IMG/VR virus record: IMGVR_UViG_3300032288_005130
Reading direction: 5' to 3' (one strand)
Length of the DNA: 64,000 nucleotides
DNA from: an uncultured virus (IMG/VR IMGVR_UViG_3300032288_005130)
Lineage: Duplodnaviria > Heunggongvirae > Uroviricota > Caudoviricetes
Shown: positions 29,922-39,153 of the stretch, one piece after another
Layout: each line of letters opens with the position of its first letter
Numbering within the stretch: the stretch's first letter is position 1
Notes under the pieces: generated by a model
Told to the model about the DNA's origin: nothing
What the model saw: only the letters and a program-made list of their open reading frames with translations
The model's database searches: none
Position numbers and translations under genes: made by a program

Positions 29922-30324
29922 TCATTGGTTTTTAACTACTTCTATTAATTTATCTAAGCACTCATTTTCAGCTTCTTCGTATTTGCCATTAAATCTTAAT
30001 GGTTCATTACCAAGCTTTGTATCTCCTTTTTTATCATATATTTGATATGAAAACTCTCGTGTGCCAATCTCAACCAAACCGGTTAATTCATACTTATCTC
30101 TAAAAAACTTAAAGGCTTGTGAGTAGGATGGAATTGCAACCCAACCTGAATATAAATCTGAATTTCTTGGATAATCTCCTTCATCAGTTCTTTCAGCATT
30201 TATTGTATGATATCACTCATTGCCATTTTTAAACAAGGTTCATCAAACCCTAACTCTTTAAGGGATAAAGCCTGTTCGATTCATTAAATTCCTTAAAGTT
30301 TTTGATATAACTTATCTTTTTCAT
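29922..30324 (-). pseudogene. chimeric, frameshifted remnant: N-leader fragment (MKKISYIKNFKEFNES) joined to a broken LKELGFDEPC...YSQAFKFFRDKY...YEEAENECLDKLIE gene
   Basis: Hand translation shows frame breaks; TAATATATA on the minus strand at 30347-30355. Confidence 0.6.
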
Positions 30325-30422
30325 TTTTTCGTTTATTTTTATAATGTATATATTATTCTGTAAATTAGATATTGCAAATTTTTATTTCTTAAATAAAATA
30401 CTTATCTTTGCTTTGAAATAAT

Positions 30423-31172
30423 ATGGAAATCACCAAACAAAAATTAACGGATCAAGAAAAAGAAATAAGAGACCTAAAAAGACTCTTAGACGAAAAAGAA
30501 TACAAACTTCACTTAGATAAAGAAAAATGGACTCTAAGTAAATTGAATGACCAAAATTCTAAGTTTGAACTCTTAAAAGATAATGTTGATAGGGTATATC
30601 TTACAGACACTCAAAAATCACTATTTGATAATTTTAAGTATGAATCTCCAGTGATATGGGAATCCGCTCTTAATTTCGAAGAAGGCGGATGGTCTAGACA
30701 CCACGGTTATTCACACTATAATGTTATTATAGAGGTTTGTAAAAAGGTAATTGAATTAGAAAATGTACATGTCACTCCACATCATCGATTTCAATTTGAT
30801 ACTGAAAATAAAAAAGTTATTTGTAGAACATCAAAGCAGTGGAGAGATAAAGCACAGGAAGATGATATGAAATTGTTTTCAGATTTTATTCGGGTCTGTG
30901 CTGAACAGGGAAAAGAATCAATGGGAGTTAGAGAAGTTGCTACTAAAAATTCAATAAGAGATTTAGAAGCAAAGGCAACTATGAGGAGAATGACTATTTC
31001 ACCAGATTACAAAGGGGAAGAGTTAATCCAAATTCTTTTCGATTTGGTGAAGAGAGAAATTGATAACTACGATGAATTTATTATCTATTCTATGTATATA
31101 GAAAATAAGATTGGATCTGATAACAATAGCGGATCTATTTTTTTGTTTAGATGGGCTGGAGTTAAAAACTAA
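30423..31172 (+). CDS. hypothetical protein (249 aa)
   Basis: ORF track; TATCTTTG at 30403-30410. Confidence 0.75.
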   Translation: MEITKQKLTDQEKEIRDLKRLLDEKEYKLHLDKEKWTLSKLNDQNSKFELLKDNVDRVYLTDTQKSLFDNFKYESPVIWESALNFEEGGWSRHHGYSHYNVIIEVCKKVIELENVHVTPHHRFQFDTENKKVICRTSKQWRDKAQEDDMKLFSDFIRVCAEQGKESMGVREVATKNSIRDLEAKATMRRMTISPDYKGEELIQILFDLVKREIDNYDEFIIYSMYIENKIGSDNNSGSIFLFRWAGVKN

Positions 31173-31394
31173 AAAATGAAATTCAAAATAGGTGATAAAG
31201 TAATAATTAGTAATTTGCATAATTCCAAGGGAAATTACAAAGGAGTTATTATTGATATTAAATAAGACCTGCCTCAGGAATTTGGTTTTACTTAGTAGAA
31301 TCACCATATAACCGGTTCGGGTGGTTTAGTGATGGATATTTAACTATAGATATACAGCAAAATTAAATCAAATAGGGGGTATATGAAGAGAAAC
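31133..31394 (+). pseudogene. degenerate, internally deleted copy of 32417-32740
   Basis: Shares ...gagttaaaaactaaaaaatgaaattcaaaataggtgataaagtaataatta... and ...aaattaaatcaaatagggggtatatgaagagaaac, with a premature stop. Confidence 0.8.
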
Positions 31395-31442
31395 TTTGCT
31401 TTGAAATGAAATTTATTCCTTATATTTATAAAAAATAATAAT

Positions 31443-31826
31443 ATGAAAACCGTACTTAAAAACATTTTAGACCAAGTTAAAAAAATTAATGGTGATGAAG
31501 ATTATTCACAGGCAATATATTCACTTATGTGTGGTATCGGAAATTCTGGTGAATATAAGAAATTACTAGATAAATTTTTTGTTGATCCAACTAGTATCTT
31601 TTCTAAATTGGAGGATGTTGAAAACGTATGTGTATATAAAATATCTAATATAGAATTTAGAGTATTAGCATTCTCGGATAGTTACGATGGGTATCTTTTT
31701 ACATTTGGTGTAGAAGGTAGTAAACTTAAAGAATTAAAATGTAAAAAGATATTAGACGAAGACGATTCTATCTATGAGAAGGATGAACTCAGTGATTCGG
31801 AAGTTGAAGAAATTCTGAAATATTAA
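31443..31826 (+). CDS. hypothetical protein
   Basis: ORF track. Confidence 0.7.
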   Translation: MKTVLKNILDQVKKINGDEDYSQAIYSLMCGIGNSGEYKKLLDKFFVDPTSIFSKLEDVENVCVYKISNIEFRVLAFSDSYDGYLFTFGVEGSKLKELKCKKILDEDDSIYEKDELSDSEVEEILKY

Positions 31827-31858
31827 AAAATAATGGTAATATTAAAAATTAAACAAAA

Positions 31859-32410
31859 ATGAAAGATAATAAAAAAATAAAGACCTTTGAGCAACATCAA
31901 GAAAAAATGAATAAAAAAGAGCTTAGAAAGCTAGATAAATACCAAAACGAGATTAATTTAGCTAATGACCGAATTATTTCTGCGGGGTTTACCATTTACG
32001 GTGATCTCTACATCAATTGTGAAAAATCCTTTAGCGAAGACGACTGCGAGATTATTATTAAATTCAAAGATGAAAAAAACCGACACTTTCATGCAATAAG
32101 ATATAAAACGGGTTGGGCTATTCAAATAGAAAAATCTTGTAGATACGCGAATGGTGCTAATAACTTTGACAAATTTGTTTTTTCAGATAAAGTGTATTAT
32201 GCGTTTCCTGGTGGTTACGGGGGAAGCGATACTTTTAAAAAGGCATCTTTTGATACAGCGTTCAATTTGTTTCTATCTAAATTTGAAGAAGCTTACCAAA
32301 AGATTTTAACTGAAGTGTTAACTGTAAAGTGGACAAAGGGGATTGGTAACCATAGCCACACTTATCCTAGCGGAGAAGGAACTTTTTACGTTAATGCAAT
32401 AGTCAAGTAG
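31859..32410 (+). CDS. hypothetical protein with leader-like start (KKIKTFEQH)
   Basis: ORF track. Confidence 0.7.
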   Translation: MKDNKKIKTFEQHQEKMNKKELRKLDKYQNEINLANDRIISAGFTIYGDLYINCEKSFSEDDCEIIIKFKDEKNRHFHAIRYKTGWAIQIEKSCRYANGANNFDKFVFSDKVYYAFPGGYGGSDTFKKASFDTAFNLFLSKFEEAYQKILTEVLTVKWTKGIGNHSHTYPSGEGTFYVNAIVK

Positions 32411-32456
32411 TACTAAATCTATTTTGTTTAGATGGGATGGAGTTAAAAACTAAAAA

Positions 32457-32732
32457 ATGAAATTCAAAATAGGTGATAAAGTAATAATTAATTCAAAAAT
32501 CAAAAATTACAAAGGAGTTATTATTGATATTAAAACCCATAGCTCTCTTTGGTTTTACTTATTGGAATCATATGATGATCCAATCAACGAAGCAGTTGAA
32601 GGTATTGTAAATGGCATCTTTTTTAATCAAGGGCATGTCGGGAATAATAGGTGGTTTAGTGAGGGAGATTATTTAACCCTAGATATACAGCAAATTAGAA
32701 TTGATAAATTAAATCAAATAGGGGGTATATGA
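32457..32732 (+). CDS. KFKIGDKV (SH3/KOW-like) protein with C-tag variant (RIDKLNQIGGI)
   Basis: Motif; tag; ATGA coupling. Confidence 0.75.
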   Translation: MKFKIGDKVIINSKIKNYKGVIIDIKTHSSLWFYLLESYDDPINEAVEGIVNGIFFNQGHVGNNRWFSEGDYLTLDIQQIRIDKLNQIGGI

Positions 32733-32965
32733 AGAGAAACATTTATTATAAGTTTAATATAGGTGATATAGTCAAACACAAGTATTATGATGATATATAT
32801 GGTGAGATAATAGAAAGAGGTAATAACCCAGCCACAAACTATTACCGTATTAAGACTTGGAATGGATTTACCGCTAGATACGATGAGAAATCTCTATTTA
32901 TAGATATCCCTCAAATTCATATTTTGGTAACTGTACCCCATCAAGAACTTATATTCCAAATATAG
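32729..32965 (+). pseudogene. KFNIGDIV-type gene, probably truncated near 32910 before its tag
   Basis: Parallels the 32457 gene up to ...IDI, then reads into unrelated sequence. Confidence 0.5.
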
Positions 32966-33126
32966 AGGTAATGTATTTAGAAGGAAATAAATGGTATTAC
33001 CCACAGAACTATTATAGTTTTTGGATAACAGTAGGTCAAACTCAGTTAGTTTATACACTCTACCACCCATATCCAAATTTACAGATAAAAATAAGAACAG
33101 GTTTTATGGAACCTACAATTTATTAA
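32911..33126 (+). pseudogene. 71-codon frame with no start at its 5' end (SNSYFGNCTPSRTYIPNIEVMY...), candidate 3' half of the 28955 gene
   Basis: Open frame ending 1 nt before the 33128 ATG; Tyr/Asn/Cys composition matches the 28955 product. Confidence 0.5.
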
Positions 33127-33127
33127 T

Positions 33128-33499
33128 ATGGCAAAATTAAGAGAAAATGAAGTTCAAGTAGGTCAAAGAAAGATAGGACCTGATACCGTTATACAAATGA
33201 ATCTTAAAACATTATTTATTGTTTTAGGTTTTGTATTAAGTGGTTTAACTACAGCTTGGGTTTCATTAAGTATGAAAATATCTGATTCATCTAATAAAAA
33301 TTCAGAAAGTATAGAGGCTCTTGCTAAAGATATTAAATCTATGAAAGAAGAGGATTTAAAGGAGTTGAGTAGAAAAGTTTATGAAATAGATGGTAAAGTT
33401 CAAGTAATATTTATTGATATGCAGAGTGGTCTTAGTAATAAAAATACTAATGTTGTTAACCAACCAGTTAGTAATATCAAGCCACAAATGCCCCATTAA
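33128..33499 (+). CDS. single-TM coiled-coil protein (holin/spanin-like architecture, unproven)
   Basis: LFIVLGFVLSGLTTAWVSL followed by a coiled coil. Confidence 0.65.
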   Translation: MAKLRENEVQVGQRKIGPDTVIQMNLKTLFIVLGFVLSGLTTAWVSLSMKISDSSNKNSESIEALAKDIKSMKEEDLKELSRKVYEIDGKVQVIFIDMQSGLSNKNTNVVNQPVSNIKPQMPH

Positions 33500-33762
33500 A
33501 TCTCGTAAGCCATTCCTGAAAAAACTGGTGATCTCTTTAATATCTCACGTATCATTTCCTTTCCGATATCTTGTAGAGCAATTTTAAATGTTCTACCCTC
33601 AACTACCTTAGTTAGAATATCACCTGATGTAATTTGTCTCATATCCACACTAGATAATGGGAAATCATACTTTTCATGTTCAGATACAACATATCTGATA
33701 AATCCTCTTTTACATACACTTGTAAATGTTCCTTCTGTTAGTGAAATTCTTATTTCTTCCAT
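33496..33762 (-). CDS. hypothetical protein
   Basis: ORF track. Confidence 0.7.
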   Translation of the reverse strand: MEEIRISLTEGTFTSVCKRGFIRYVVSEHEKYDFPLSSVDMRQITSGDILTKVVEGRTFKIALQDIGKEMIREILKRSPVFSGMAYEI

Positions 33763-33766
33763 ATCT

Positions 33767-33955
33767 TTATTTATTATTATTTAATGCCCCTATACATATA
33801 TTATTTTGATCAATATTTGTTTTTAATCCCCAAACATCTTTCTCAATCATATGACATGCATGTTTTTTATTCATCTTCTTTGAGTATTCTCTGAATTTTA
33901 GGGAATGTGGATTATTATTTTTCCACGGACACTCCTTACAACAGTTTCTTTTCAT
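33767..33955 (-). CDS. small Cys/His protein (CKECPW...ACH...CIG)
   Basis: Metal-binding pattern. Confidence 0.7.
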   Translation of the reverse strand: MKRNCCKECPWKNNNPHSLKFREYSKKMNKKHACHMIEKDVWGLKTNIDQNNICIGALNNNK

Positions 33956-34190
33956 TTAAAATATTATTTATTTTTTCCTTTCTTTTGATTCTTCTATTTC
34001 TTTTTCTTTGTGCTGATTTAATTCTATAAACTGATATAGTATCACTTTCAGTTGTAGTGAATCCGTTCTTACATCCATTACAATAGTAAACTAGAATTTT
34101 ACAAACACCTTGATAGTCTTGTTCTTCTAATATAGCAGTTCCAGAACAAAAAGAGCATGGGTGACTATTAGGTAAATTTTGAGCTAACAT
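33936..34190 (-). CDS. Zn-ribbon protein with C-tag variant (RKEKINNIL)
   Basis: CSFC and CNGC motifs; TATATTTG 5 nt upstream (34196-34203). Confidence 0.75.
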   Translation of the reverse strand: MLAQNLPNSHPCSFCSGTAILEEQDYQGVCKILVYYCNGCKNGFTTTESDTISVYRIKSAQRKRNRRIKRKEKINNILNEKKLL

Positions 34191-34327
34191 ATTTCCAAAT
34201 ATAATAAAATTAAGGTGAAAAAAAAATTAATTATTTTCTATTTTAACTAAACTTTTTAAAACTTAAGTTATTTCAAGGACTATAAAAGACATACGATGAA
34301 AATCGTAAAAAAAATAAATATGATAAA

Positions 34328-34600
34328 ATGAATAAAGCAGAATTAGTAAGCGAAATCGCTAGCGGAGCTGGATTAACAAAGACTAAAGCAACTGAAGTTG
34401 TTGATTCTATTGTTTCTACAATTACTGAAGCTCTTAAAAAGGGTGATAAAGTAACTTTAGTAGGTTTCGGAACATTCTCTACTTCCAAGAGAGAGCCTCG
34501 TAAAGGTAGAAACCCTAAGACTGGTGCAGTTCTTAACATCCCTGGAAAAACTGTTGCTAAGTTTAAAGCTGGTAGCGAACTTTCTAAAAGTGTTAATTAA
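34328..34600 (+). CDS. hup: HU DNA-binding protein
   Basis: MNKAELV...VTLVGFGTF...GRNPKTG...KFKAG. Confidence 0.95.
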   Translation: MNKAELVSEIASGAGLTKTKATEVVDSIVSTITEALKKGDKVTLVGFGTFSTSKREPRKGRNPKTGAVLNIPGKTVAKFKAGSELSKSVN

Positions 34601-34618
34601 TCTACACTTGTGAGAAAT

Positions 34619-34649
34619 AAAAACCCTTGAGTTAGTTCAGGGGTTTTTT
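34619..34649 (+). terminator. intrinsic terminator, probably bidirectional
   Basis: AAAAACCCTTGA-GTTAGT-TCAGGGGTTTTTT between convergent genes. Confidence 0.8.
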
Positions 34650-35611
34650 ATTGTAAAGAAACTATCTATATCACTCATAACCTCAGAATTATTCAGTATA
34701 TCCGAATTTGATTTTTCTATAAAATACTTTATTGTCTCTGGTCTTGAATCCGACATATCTATCTTTTTAGAATCATCTATAACCAATTGAATTCTTAAGT
34801 GTTTTTTCAATAACTCATTGCACTCATAAACTGTAGCATTTGAAGTTGCCTGCATCATCACATTTGTTATAGGTTTTACCCAATTTAATAAGCCCCAAGA
34901 TGATGTATCTTTTCTACTCAATTCGGCTGGGTATGTTCCAGTTCCTAAAGAAAAAACTTCTATATCCTCCAGTTTTAAGCCACTAACACTTCTTAGTGCA
35001 TCTGAAACAGCTCCCATAGATGGATTATTAATATAAACTCCTCCATCAATTAGAATTCTATCCTTTCCAGAAAAAGACATTTTATAGGAAGGTAGATATG
35101 TTGGAGCAGCAGAGGTTGCTCTACAAACATCTTTTAATAAAGCATTGTACCCATTCTCATCACATTTTCTAGTTTTAAACATTACAACTTCATTATTTTT
35201 AATATCATAAGAAGTGACTATAATTGGTTTAAGAGTGTTGCTTAATTTTAAGTCTCCAAAATATTGTCTTAATAAATCATCTAATCCATTTGGTGAAAAC
35301 TTAGGATTGAATAGTGAATTAATACCAGTTCCTATTCTTTGAAAGATATTTCTCTTCCAAGGAAATATAGATTCAGCTTTAGTGGTGTATAAATCAATAA
35401 GCTGGTCTATTGTTAGATAAGGTGTTTTACCATCTTTTGTGGCAATAAGACCACAAGTTATAATACCACCAGTTGATGTGCCTGTTATAAGGTCAAATAA
35501 TTCATATATTTTTTTACCAGTTTTATTTTCAATCTCTTTAAGTATAAGAAGTGGAACTATTCCTCTAAGTCCACCACCATCTATTGATAAAATTCTAAAC
35601 TTTCTCTTCAT
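34637..35611 (-). CDS. patatin-like phospholipase
   Basis: LSIDGGGLRG, GTSTG nucleophile elbow, ATSAAPTY, DGG. Confidence 0.92.
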   Translation of the reverse strand: MKRKFRILSIDGGGLRGIVPLLILKEIENKTGKKIYELFDLITGTSTGGIITCGLIATKDGKTPYLTIDQLIDLYTTKAESIFPWKRNIFQRIGTGINSLFNPKFSPNGLDDLLRQYFGDLKLSNTLKPIIVTSYDIKNNEVVMFKTRKCDENGYNALLKDVCRATSAAPTYLPSYKMSFSGKDRILIDGGVYINNPSMGAVSDALRSVSGLKLEDIEVFSLGTGTYPAELSRKDTSSWGLLNWVKPITNVMMQATSNATVYECNELLKKHLRIQLVIDDSKKIDMSDSRPETIKYFIEKSNSDILNNSEVMSDIDSFFTIKNP

Positions 35612-35648
35612 AATTATATTATATATTTGAATATATTATTCTTTTTAT

Positions 35649-35657
35649 TAATATATA
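35649..35657 (+). promoter_or_regulatory. putative late promoter TAATATATA
   Basis: 4 nt upstream of the GTG at 35662. Confidence 0.65.
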
Positions 35658-35661
35658 CTTT

Positions 35662-36069
35662 GTGAAACATTTAAAAGAATATAAAATATTTGAAAGAAAA
35701 AATAGTAGATACTATTCTTATGAGATAAATGATATATTAACTGAATTAAATGATATAGGTTTTTTCATAGACGTAAAGTTAATATCACTTAATGTTATTA
35801 ATATAGTTATAACAAAGAATCAAGTTAGTGATCCATCTGGTAGAAAAACATTTAACTATAGTGAGGTTAATGATGTTATACTTAGATTACTGTACTTTAT
35901 TGAAATGTTCAAAAATGATTTACACATAATTGAATCAACAGCTAGATTGATGATAAATACTTTCAGGTCATCATCCTTTCTCCCAATAAATTTATCAAAC
36001 AACGAACTATCTAATACGGATTTACCTATTGAAAGGTTACATATACAAGTTTATTGTTCTAAAGCATAA
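35662..36069 (+). CDS. N-leader protein, DILxELxDxG family
   Basis: MKHLKEYKIFER; INDILTELNDIGF. Confidence 0.8.
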   Translation: MKHLKEYKIFERKNSRYYSYEINDILTELNDIGFFIDVKLISLNVINIVITKNQVSDPSGRKTFNYSEVNDVILRLLYFIEMFKNDLHIIESTARLMINTFRSSSFLPINLSNNELSNTDLPIERLHIQVYCSKA

Positions 36070-36080
36070 AAAATAGAAAT

Positions 36081-36497
36081 ATGAAACACTTAAAAGAATA
36101 TAAACTATTTGAATCTAGACAGAGAATTGTCCAATACCCCACTATTAATAAAGTGGAAGATATAAAAGATATGTTATTAGAATTGGAAGATATTGGTCTT
36201 ATATGTAATACTATAATTGGTCACAACAGAATAGAAATTAGAATAAGTAATGGAAGTCCATCTGGGTTTTACACTTTTGGATTCTATAGAATACAGGATA
36301 TTTATCTTAGGATGGTTAGGTATTTAGGAGATGGTTGGCAACCAAGACTGATTAAAGTAATTGATGGTTCCTCAAGATTAAAATCATTAGATGAATTATC
36401 ATTTGATAATATCAAAAATATGATTGATACTGATAAGGAGGATATAAGTAAGGGAGAACACTCAAATGAATTTAGAATAATATTTACTAAACTATGA
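36081..36497 (+). CDS. N-leader protein, DILxELxDxG family
   Basis: MKHLKEYKLFES; IKDMLLELEDIGL. Confidence 0.8.
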   Translation: MKHLKEYKLFESRQRIVQYPTINKVEDIKDMLLELEDIGLICNTIIGHNRIEIRISNGSPSGFYTFGFYRIQDIYLRMVRYLGDGWQPRLIKVIDGSSRLKSLDELSFDNIKNMIDTDKEDISKGEHSNEFRIIFTKL

Positions 36498-36895
36498 AAC
36501 ATTTAAAGACATATAAATCACATAGTAAATATCTTAACATCAGTGATGATGTTAGGGATATGTTACTTGAATTAGAAGATGAAGGATATGAAACGAAAGT
36601 AGATGATGATATGAATTACCGTATACTGATATCGATTAATAAAAAATCATCACCAATTATTAATAGTAGGAAAGATTTTGAATTGATAAATGGTGTAATA
36701 TCCAGAATAAAGAATTACATGAAAGATTATTATCCTGATTGGTCACTAAGAATTGATGACTTATCAGACATGGGTATTACTGAGATATTCGATAAAGATA
36801 GAGATATATTTCAACAAAAAAGGTTCTCAAAAGATAGAGATATTATCAAAATTTTCAATCAAGCACCAATTAAAATAAGATATGAGAAAAGATGA
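36494..36895 (+). CDS. N-leader protein, DILxELxDxG family
   Basis: MKHLKTYKS; VRDMLLELEDEGY. Confidence 0.8.
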   Translation: MKHLKTYKSHSKYLNISDDVRDMLLELEDEGYETKVDDDMNYRILISINKKSSPIINSRKDFELINGVISRIKNYMKDYYPDWSLRIDDLSDMGITEIFDKDRDIFQQKRFSKDRDIIKIFNQAPIKIRYEKR

Positions 36896-37335
36896 AATAC
36901 CTAAAGACATATAAAATATTTGAGTCCAATGAATCTAACTTAGATGTAAAAAGATATGTAGAAGATTTACTTTTAGAAGTAAATGATGAAAATTTATCAA
37001 CAGATGTTGTTTCTGTATCCACCACAAATCATTATGTATTAACATACACTATTAATAAGAATATTGAAGATGAAGATGGTTTTACAATTGAATTACCATT
37101 TGAACCTGAATTGATTATTAATGCAGTTGAGTCAGTACACTCCTATTTAACATCAATTGGATATATTTTAAATGTAGCGAATGTAGTTGATAATACATTT
37201 ATTCCACAAGAACCTAATCTGAGACAAGGTGTGTTTACTCAGTCTAAAAACTTTAGAGATTTTATTAAAACAATAAAAGGTGATGTTGATCAAATGATTG
37301 AAGTATCAACGGCTTATAGTAAGTTAAAGTCCTAA
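36892..37335 (+). CDS. N-leader protein, DILxELxDxG family
   Basis: MKYLKTYKIFES; VEDLLLEVNDE. Confidence 0.8.
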   Translation: MKYLKTYKIFESNESNLDVKRYVEDLLLEVNDENLSTDVVSVSTTNHYVLTYTINKNIEDEDGFTIELPFEPELIINAVESVHSYLTSIGYILNVANVVDNTFIPQEPNLRQGVFTQSKNFRDFIKTIKGDVDQMIEVSTAYSKLKS

Positions 37336-37602
37336 CTCTCTCAACTTATCATCTCTTTTTTTAGAAAGAAACTCATCTTTAGGCATAAAATATTTACAGG
37401 GTAAAAGTTTCTTTAAGCCTCTTCTATCTTCATCAATCATGATTTTAGGCCACTCATCACCTTTGTATAAAGAATGATTTTGATAGTGTTTACCCCAATA
37501 TTCTAAAACGGTATATTCCTTACCAAGAGTAGTTATTGGATTACTAGCAGTGGTGCAAATAACAGGTGATCCTTTACTAAAACCCCTTCTAATTCTTCCC
37601 AT
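37324..37602 (-). CDS. C-tag protein (RDDKLRELGL), TLGKEY family
   Basis: Tag. Confidence 0.8.
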   Translation of the reverse strand: MGRIRRGFSKGSPVICTTASNPITTLGKEYTVLEYWGKHYQNHSLYKGDEWPKIMIDEDRRGLKKLLPCKYFMPKDEFLSKKRDDKLRELGL

Positions 37603-37801
37603 AATTATTTAAGAAGTTCTTTTCATGTATTGATAAACTATCAATTCCATTTTTAGATACCTTATCTAAAATATCATCCATTTTCTTTTGTTTCTTAGAC
37701 CTAATCTCATTGAACTCATCATCTGTTAAAGGTCTACCTGGAATACCAGGAACTATTTTTCTTTTCTCTTTGATGAAAATTGATTTTAAAAACTTAATCA
37801 T
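37589..37801 (-). CDS. hypothetical protein (MDDILDKVSKNGIDSLS, DUF6576-like tail)
   Basis: D-x-ILDK-x-S-x-x-G-x-x-SL motif recognised by eye. Confidence 0.6.
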   Translation of the reverse strand: MIKFLKSIFIKEKRKIVPGIPGRPLTDDEFNEIRSKKQKKMDDILDKVSKNGIDSLSIHEKNFLNNYGKN

Positions 37802-37986
37802 TTGTTTATTTTATTATATTTCCAAGGACAATTTGTACAAGAAGATTTACAACAAGATGGTCTAATCATCAATAAGTATTCTTTAGTGAATACTCTTACT
37901 TTGACACCATCAATTTCTTCCCAATAGAAGTCAACTCCTTCAATTAAATCTTCTATATGAAATCTTTTATTATCACACATAATCAA
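37798..37986 (-). CDS. small Cys-rich protein (DUF5522-like, CCKSSCTNCPW)
   Basis: VFTKEYLL-x-x-R-x-x-CC-x-x-x-C-x-x-CPW. Confidence 0.7.
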   Translation of the reverse strand: MIMCDNKRFHIEDLIEGVDFYWEEIDGVKVRVFTKEYLLMIRPSCCKSSCTNCPWKYNKINK

Positions 37987-39143
37987 AGTTTATTTTTAAA
38001 TAAATCTATTCTCTCAACAGAGGAGAGAGCTCCTTCTACCCAACCTTGATTTTGGGCAACTACCTCACCAACTACCCATATATTATCCTTTGGGTGTTGA
38101 GCTTCTTTTATAAATTCTTTTCTACTCTTATATTTAATTGGTAACGGTTTATAGTAATGTGTTCCTTCTTCCCAGAAAAACTTCTTTACATTATTAATTC
38201 TTATATCTTTATTAAAGTGGGTAGATAATAATTCTTCAAAATAAGTATTACTTTTTGATTTTATAGATTGAGCTTCTTTATTATCCGAAAAAGCAATTGT
38301 ATAAACATCATCTTTAATTGGTATAACTTTTCTTAACTCAGAATCAACAACAGTATAATTTTCTATATCTAAATCCTTTGATTTTGCGAAGACCTTTATA
38401 AAACTCTGAGATTCAATTTGATTGTAAATTTTATTATCTAAAAGCTTTCTCAATGAGTTTATAGTAACTCCTATTATAACTCCATCACACTCATATTTGG
38501 AGTTTACTAAAAAAGTACCATTCTTTTCCTTTATTGATTTAACTTCTGTATTTAATACAATATTCTCTTTTCCTATAAAATTAATTAATTTGTCTATAAG
38601 TTTACTCCAATCAAGATTTATAACTTTATATCCAGGTTCATTATCTTCTAATCCATAGTTAAATAAAGTATCATTTATATCAGCATTTTCAAAATCAGTA
38701 TAACCCATCATATTAATAAAGTTATCATAATCTTTACCTAAAACACCTTTAGCAAATTCTTTGAATTTTATTTTACTTCTATCATATTCAGGTAATGATT
38801 TTTTTAACTTTCTTATTAATTTATCTACATCTGATTCTTCAAAAGTATAATCTATATTTAATATGTGGGGATCTAAACTTATATCAAGATCCTTTAATAA
38901 TTTGATTAATATTTTATCCTTATTAACTCTAGTAAAATAAGCTCCTGTTGCTAGTTTAACATCTCCTATATTTGACATTTTAACTCTTCCACCACATTCA
39001 TCTGACTTTTCTATTATAGTGTATTTGACTTTTGGATAATTCTTCTTTAGAAGATAGGCTGAATAAAGAGATGATATACCACCTCCTATTATAACTATGT
39101 TATTTATTTCATTAAAATTTTCAAATAGCTTTATCCACTTCAT
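37983..39143 (-). CDS. FAD-dependent amine oxidase-like enzyme with N-leader (MKWIKLFENFNE)
   Basis: IIGGGISSL, EKSDECGGR, VGE...QGWVEGAL; TAATATATA 4 nt upstream (39148-39156). Confidence 0.85.
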   Translation of the reverse strand: MKWIKLFENFNEINNIVIIGGGISSLYSAYLLKKNYPKVKYTIIEKSDECGGRVKMSNIGDVKLATGAYFTRVNKDKILIKLLKDLDISLDPHILNIDYTFEESDVDKLIRKLKKSLPEYDRSKIKFKEFAKGVLGKDYDNFINMMGYTDFENADINDTLFNYGLEDNEPGYKVINLDWSKLIDKLINFIGKENIVLNTEVKSIKEKNGTFLVNSKYECDGVIIGVTINSLRKLLDNKIYNQIESQSFIKVFAKSKDLDIENYTVVDSELRKVIPIKDDVYTIAFSDNKEAQSIKSKSNTYFEELLSTHFNKDIRINNVKKFFWEEGTHYYKPLPIKYKSRKEFIKEAQHPKDNIWVVGEVVAQNQGWVEGALSSVERIDLFKNKL

Positions 39144-39153
39144 TGTTTATATA

